Source of the DNA: Bdellovibrionales bacterium
GTDB taxonomy: Bacteria > Bdellovibrionota > Bdellovibrionia > Bdellovibrionales > UBA1609
Direction: 5' to 3'
NCBI GenBank assembly: GCA_965199825.1
Contig: OZ241329.1
Coordinates: 1,824,001 to 1,888,000 of the forward strand
Length of the DNA: 64,000 nucleotides
The translations under genes and the position numbers were made by a program. The notes beneath the pieces were generated by a model that saw only the letters and a program-made list of their open reading frames with translations, was not told where the DNA came from and did not search any database. Shown here piece by piece: positions 59,866-64,000 of the stretch. Numbering within the stretch: position 1 is the first letter of the stretch; each line of letters starts with the position of its first letter.

Positions 59866-60136
59866 TTGCGGCTTTTGCTTTTCAATTTCTTACTTAAATA
59901 TCTGCCTTTATTTTTAAAGCAAATAAGAATTTAATTTGACATGTTTTTTTGCCAACTATTTTAGTTTATAGTTCAATTTGAAAGTGCCGACCTCTTTTTC
60001 ACTTTCGATACAGTCACAAGAAGGATTTAAAGCCCAAAAACCCATCAAGATAAAGGCAATATTGAGCGATTCTAACCTGCTCTAAAATTCAGTTTCCAAA
60101 ACCCATGATATCATCTGCTCTAAATAGGAGATATTT

Positions 60137-60964
60137 ATGGATCATTTAAAAATTCATTCTCAAGCAGTCAAGGCCGCGGATTCTCATCGCAAATCTGAAA
60201 TGGAATTGCTCAACGCTTTAGAAGTGGTTTGGAAAAACAAAACGTACTACCAGTTTGGTTGCGCCTCATTGTTTGAATACTCTACGAAACAACTGAAGCT
60301 TTCTGAAGAGATGGCGAGCATCGTAAATAAAATTGCCAAAAAATTTACCGAACTTCCAGAACTTAAATCAGGCATAGAGTCGGGCGAGCTCTCGCTTTCA
60401 AAAGTGAATCGCATCACTTCTGTTGTGAACAAAGACAATGTTCAACATTGGATGGATCTTGCCAAAGGCACCAAACGGAATCTCGAAAAAGAAATTGCGA
60501 AGGTCCAACCTGAAAAGGCCATACCCGAGCGGGCACGATACCAAAAAGCTGGAGATACCCTAAGAATATCGATTTCATTTTCGGTCACTCAAGAAGAATA
60601 CGCAGTGTTTGAACGCACCAGAGATTTGCTGAGCCAAAAATTAAAACGTGCCGCGACCATTGGCGAAGTTCAAGTCGCAGCCATCAACGAGCTCAATCAA
60701 AAACTCGATCCGCTCAGAAAACCGCTTCGCAAAACCCAAGCGGGCACGACAAGATTGACTGTCACGTTGAAGCGTAAAATTCACCATCAACATCACAGTC
60801 AATGCACGTATGTGGATCAAAATGGTCAACGCTGTGGTGAACGTCGCCATCTTGATATCCATCATATTATTCCAAAATCGAAAGGTGGCAGTGACGCCGA
60901 AGAAAATCTCACACTCTTGTGCACCGGGCATCATCGTGCCCACCACAAGAGTAAACATAATTAG
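60137..60964 (+). CDS. HNH endonuclease with N-terminal helical (DUF222-like) domain
   Basis: AGGAG RBS; G..SLFEY....LKLSE, IESGELSLSK; C-terminal CTY..NGQRC...LDIHHIIPKSKGGSD..ENLTLLCTGHH. Confidence 0.88.
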   Translation: MDHLKIHSQAVKAADSHRKSEMELLNALEVVWKNKTYYQFGCASLFEYSTKQLKLSEEMASIVNKIAKKFTELPELKSGIESGELSLSKVNRITSVVNKDNVQHWMDLAKGTKRNLEKEIAKVQPEKAIPERARYQKAGDTLRISISFSVTQEEYAVFERTRDLLSQKLKRAATIGEVQVAAINELNQKLDPLRKPLRKTQAGTTRLTVTLKRKIHHQHHSQCTYVDQNGQRCGERRHLDIHHIIPKSKGGSDAEENLTLLCTGHHRAHHKSKHN

Positions 60965-61064
60965 TTTATTTTGATATAGGGTTTCGATTCCAAGCCTGTG
61001 TTTAATTGGGCAACAGCAAAAACCCCAACAATCAAAACGCATCACACCGCCCAAACCAAATGAC

Positions 61065-62597
61065 TTGACGGAATCAAAACTAAAAAGACAAAAATGGCTG
61101 ATGCTTCTCGCACTTTTTTTTAGCTTTGCAAGTTATGCGCTTGAAATTCAGGGTTTCGTTACCAAGGACTGTGCAAAGGTTGCAGGCATTATCGTCTATG
61201 CCACTGATTCTGAAATCGAAATCGTCAATCTCAAAGGACAACTTCAAAAAATTGATGTGCACGATATTTCGTCTTTGGTGGCGTTTGATGTGCTCGACAA
61301 TCCCATCGGCACATTTCAAATCGATGACAAACTAAAAGAGCGCCTTAAGCTTTTATATATTGAAGACCAAAAAGGTGTGCCGGTTTTTGCGATTCGCTTT
61401 ATCGAAGACTTACTTTTATTTATGACTTTGGACGGCAAAGTTCAGGTTCATTCCTTTTCTGATATCCAAAAGCTGAGGCCTGCAACCGAAAATGTCGAAC
61501 CACATCGGCGATTTTCAAAAAATCCCAATTTTGATTTTTCGGGAGCTTCTGCCAGCTGCAGTTTTGATTCTGATAATGGGATCAAACCCACGCGGATCAT
61601 GACCGATCAAATTAGCATCGGCGAATTTATCAATGATTTTGCCAGGGGTTATGAGGGACTTGAAAGTTTTGAAGAGCGCACCTATCTGTACTCTCGCCCA
61701 TATCTGTTCGAACGCCATGCACGTTTTGGACTCTCTGTGGTTTCCTCGCGCACCGAGCCCGCGATCGAGGCTCCGGTGTTTTTTCAATTCTCATCTGGTG
61801 AGCCCTATCGCTTTCAAAGTTTCACTGCCTTTGGAATGATCTCGCAAGAATTTTTGCCCAACTCCGAGCCCACATTTAGTCTACGGTCCGAAGTCAAATC
61901 ACATTTGTTTCACGCTTTATTTGCCGCCAATGTGCTGGGCATTCCTGCGGGCACCTCGATCTTTTTAAAACATCCAAGCGAAATGAAGCTTGAAAAGGAT
62001 GTGAACGTTCAACCCTCATTTAATTATTTGGCAATGATGGGGGCAGACTATGGTCCCTATAGTTTGTCGGTTGGACTTTATTATCCCACTTTTGGAATCA
62101 AGGTCGGCAACGAGTATCGCGAAGTGTTGGGAAGTTCGGTCTCCTATGCGGTGCGCGCGATGTATACCACTTCAATTTTGCGTCTTAGAGCGATCACCGC
62201 TTTTGTTCGCTACGATCAGAGTAAATCCTCATCGAGTGATGTGCTCTCAAAAACGGGCGAAGACGGCAACCTTGGCACTCCGACGAGTTTTCAATTTCAG
62301 AGTATATTTTTTCGTGGTGGAGCAGACTATCAGTATTCTGACCGCTTAAGATTTAGTGCTGACGCGATCATTGTTGAGGGATCATACAAAGAACAAATGA
62401 GCGGGCTGGGCAATGATATTCGATTTAATAAAGTCACCGCACAATTCACCGCCAAACAATCCTTTAGCGATTATCTTGCGGTCAGTCTTTCGGCAAATTT
62501 GCTTTATCATGATTTTAATTCGAATTTCGTCAACGTCTCGTTAAAAGACGACAAACAGGAGTCCAATTTTTTTGCATCCTTTGAATTTATTTTTTAG
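61065..62597 (+). CDS. secreted/outer-membrane hypothetical protein with C-terminal beta-barrel
   Basis: Signal peptide ending ASYA; amphipathic strands; ends FASFEFIF. Confidence 0.8.
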   Translation: MTESKLKRQKWLMLLALFFSFASYALEIQGFVTKDCAKVAGIIVYATDSEIEIVNLKGQLQKIDVHDISSLVAFDVLDNPIGTFQIDDKLKERLKLLYIEDQKGVPVFAIRFIEDLLLFMTLDGKVQVHSFSDIQKLRPATENVEPHRRFSKNPNFDFSGASASCSFDSDNGIKPTRIMTDQISIGEFINDFARGYEGLESFEERTYLYSRPYLFERHARFGLSVVSSRTEPAIEAPVFFQFSSGEPYRFQSFTAFGMISQEFLPNSEPTFSLRSEVKSHLFHALFAANVLGIPAGTSIFLKHPSEMKLEKDVNVQPSFNYLAMMGADYGPYSLSVGLYYPTFGIKVGNEYREVLGSSVSYAVRAMYTTSILRLRAITAFVRYDQSKSSSSDVLSKTGEDGNLGTPTSFQFQSIFFRGGADYQYSDRLRFSADAIIVEGSYKEQMSGLGNDIRFNKVTAQFTAKQSFSDYLAVSLSANLLYHDFNSNFVNVSLKDDKQESNFFASFEFIF

Positions 62598-64000
62598 TTT
62601 GATCCTCGGATTTTTGACGCTTGAGGCTCATGCCATCAACCTGCATGCGCTCTACACAGCTTCTTGTCAGCGGCATGTGGGAGTGATATTGGGCGTGACT
62701 CCGCGTCACCTTGCTTTATTAAATCTCGAAGGCAATATTGTAAATGTCGAGCGCTATGAGGTGATTTACTACGTCAATTATCCGCTCGATAAAGTTCCGA
62801 TGGCGAGTATCGAAAATCCAGAGCAAGTGCCCCAAGTGACGGTCAAGACTTTCCAAAATGGCGAGCTTGAAACTTTGGTTGTTGGTTGGCCGGTGGATTT
62901 TAGTGCCGATCGTGTTTCATTTTTGAGCCTTAAAGGATTAGAGGTTTCAATCGATCGTCGATCAATTTGGGATATTCGTTTTGACACGCGTAATGGCCGC
63001 GTGGCTTTTCCTCATGTGACAAAACAATTTGAGTTTGTGCCGCCTTATGCGTTTGCAAACTGTGCTACTGAAAAAAAGAAGTTGATCAAAGTTTTCCCCC
63101 AAGATGTGTTGAGCGATCCGGTTAAAATCAAACGCGAGTTTGATCGCTTAGAAGACAGTCACCGACGTCTTCAAAAATACGAAACCGAGGAGCACTTTTA
63201 TCCTGTGCCTGAAATCTACACCAACCAAACTCTGCTTGGATTGTGGCTGATGGCGGGCTCGCGCTATGGCGCCTCCGACAATCGCACCAATAATTTTACA
63301 CCTTTGTTAAGTAACGAATTTAGCTCGGGACCGTTTGGATTTCAGAGTGAGTTTCGCTCGGGCAGTGGGTTGCTCAACCAAACGATTCATGAAGAAACCC
63401 AAACCCAAGTGTATTACCGCATGAAAGCCGACTACTTTCATCTTTCGGCATTTTTTGATCCCAACCTCATTTTGGTGGGCGATAAATATAAGTGGGGACG
63501 AGATGATTTAAAATCCAACGACCTCCGTGCGATCGAAAGTGGATTTTTAGAAATGGGTTTTGATTGGGGCGCCTTCGCATTGGAAGTTTATATGGGCACA
63601 TCCCTCAATGTAGGCGCTCGCGAGCAAGATTATGTGAAGGAAGACACACTCTCCTTACCCCGAATTGGAATTCGCTATCAGGGCTACACCTGGATCTTAA
63701 GTGCGCAGGTGGGCTCAGGTTCCACCGACATTTTTAAGGGCAATTTTTTTCGCGCCAACTTTGAATATAAGCCTTCAAAAAACTGGCGCTATGCGGTCTC
63801 AGCGCTCAGTCGTAATCTAAAGTTTGATGGCAAAGATTCGAACACAAACACGCCTTTCCGATCTGAAAGCAAAAGCTTAACTGTAGCGGGCGATTTTCAG
63901 TTTCGATTTCATACGCGCTATTGGGCAGGATTAAATTTTGCTCTTGAACAGGTGGGTCAAACCGGATCGCTCAATGGCGGTGCTGATCAGAGCGAAAATC
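62581..64000 (+). CDS. paralog of 61065..62597, partial (runs off right edge)
   Basis: Not in ORF track. Frame from TTG 62581 (or 62572): MNLFFSLILGFLTLEAHAINLHALYTASCQRHVGVILGVTPRHLALLNLEGNI..., open in the stretches translated and apparently to the window end. Confidence 0.8.
   Translation, partial: MNLFFSLILGFLTLEAHAINLHALYTASCQRHVGVILGVTPRHLALLNLEGNIVNVERYEVIYYVNYPLDKVPMASIENPEQVPQVTVKTFQNGELETLVVGWPVDFSADRVSFLSLKGLEVSIDRRSIWDIRFDTRNGRVAFPHVTKQFEFVPPYAFANCATEKKKLIKVFPQDVLSDPVKIKREFDRLEDSHRRLQKYETEEHFYPVPEIYTNQTLLGLWLMAGSRYGASDNRTNNFTPLLSNEFSSGPFGFQSEFRSGSGLLNQTIHEETQTQVYYRMKADYFHLSAFFDPNLILVGDKYKWGRDDLKSNDLRAIESGFLEMGFDWGAFALEVYMGTSLNVGAREQDYVKEDTLSLPRIGIRYQGYTWILSAQVGSGSTDIFKGNFFRANFEYKPSKNWRYAVSALSRNLKFDGKDSNTNTPFRSESKSLTVAGDFQFRFHTRYWAGLNFALEQVGQTGSLNGGADQSEN

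Larger units (their letters stand above)
59753..61060 (+). mobile_element. putative HNH-endonuclease-carrying selfish element
   Basis: HNH ORF preceded by a 384-bp noncoding region with repeats; G/T-rich left flank and C/A-rich right flank. Confidence 0.45.

Noticed and set aside
60137..60964. IscB/Cas9-like RNA-guided nuclease
   Set aside because: No PLMP or RuvC motifs visible; only a C-terminal HNH domain
1..64000. tRNA/rRNA genes and riboswitches
   Set aside because: Intergenic spaces are short and I saw no recognisable cloverleaf or rRNA sequence; a covariance-model search was not possible

Overview
Gene-dense bacterial chromosome segment, most likely from a Bdellovibrionota (Bdellovibrio-like predator). 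This is inferred from a RomR-like regulator, bacterial topoisomerase VI (top6B/top6A), 'FQNC'-type lipoprotein leaders and many orphan secreted proteins. Housekeeping genes include korA (partial), serA, a D-2-hydroxyglutarate dehydrogenase-like oxidase, grxD/bolA, aconitase, pepN, birA, lptG, def/fmt/rpe, glpK, radA, slt and oppABC. I saw no rRNA, tRNA or canonical CRISPR-Cas. The most notable unexplained structures are: (1) a porin plus two ~1100-aa paralogous lipoproteins, each with a beta-pore-former-like hairpin (6.8-14.5 kb); (2) an HNH-nuclease element whose upstream palindromic repeats share a 10-mer core found twice more, inverted, inside its own ORF, with G/T-rich and C/A-rich flanks (59.75-61.06 kb); (3) a fused E1 2-oxoacid dehydrogenase plus a FabD-like acyltransferase and glutaryl-CoA dehydrogenase with no adjacent E2/E3; (4) a divergent lytic transglycosylase with a putative immunity partner; (5) an NtrC-type regulator broken by a single in-frame TAA; (6) recurring intergenic motifs (a GTCTCAAtTTGAGAC palindrome, sigma54-like and sigma28-like promoters) in front of secreted-protein genes. 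All functional calls come from motif recognition by eye; no database searches were run.
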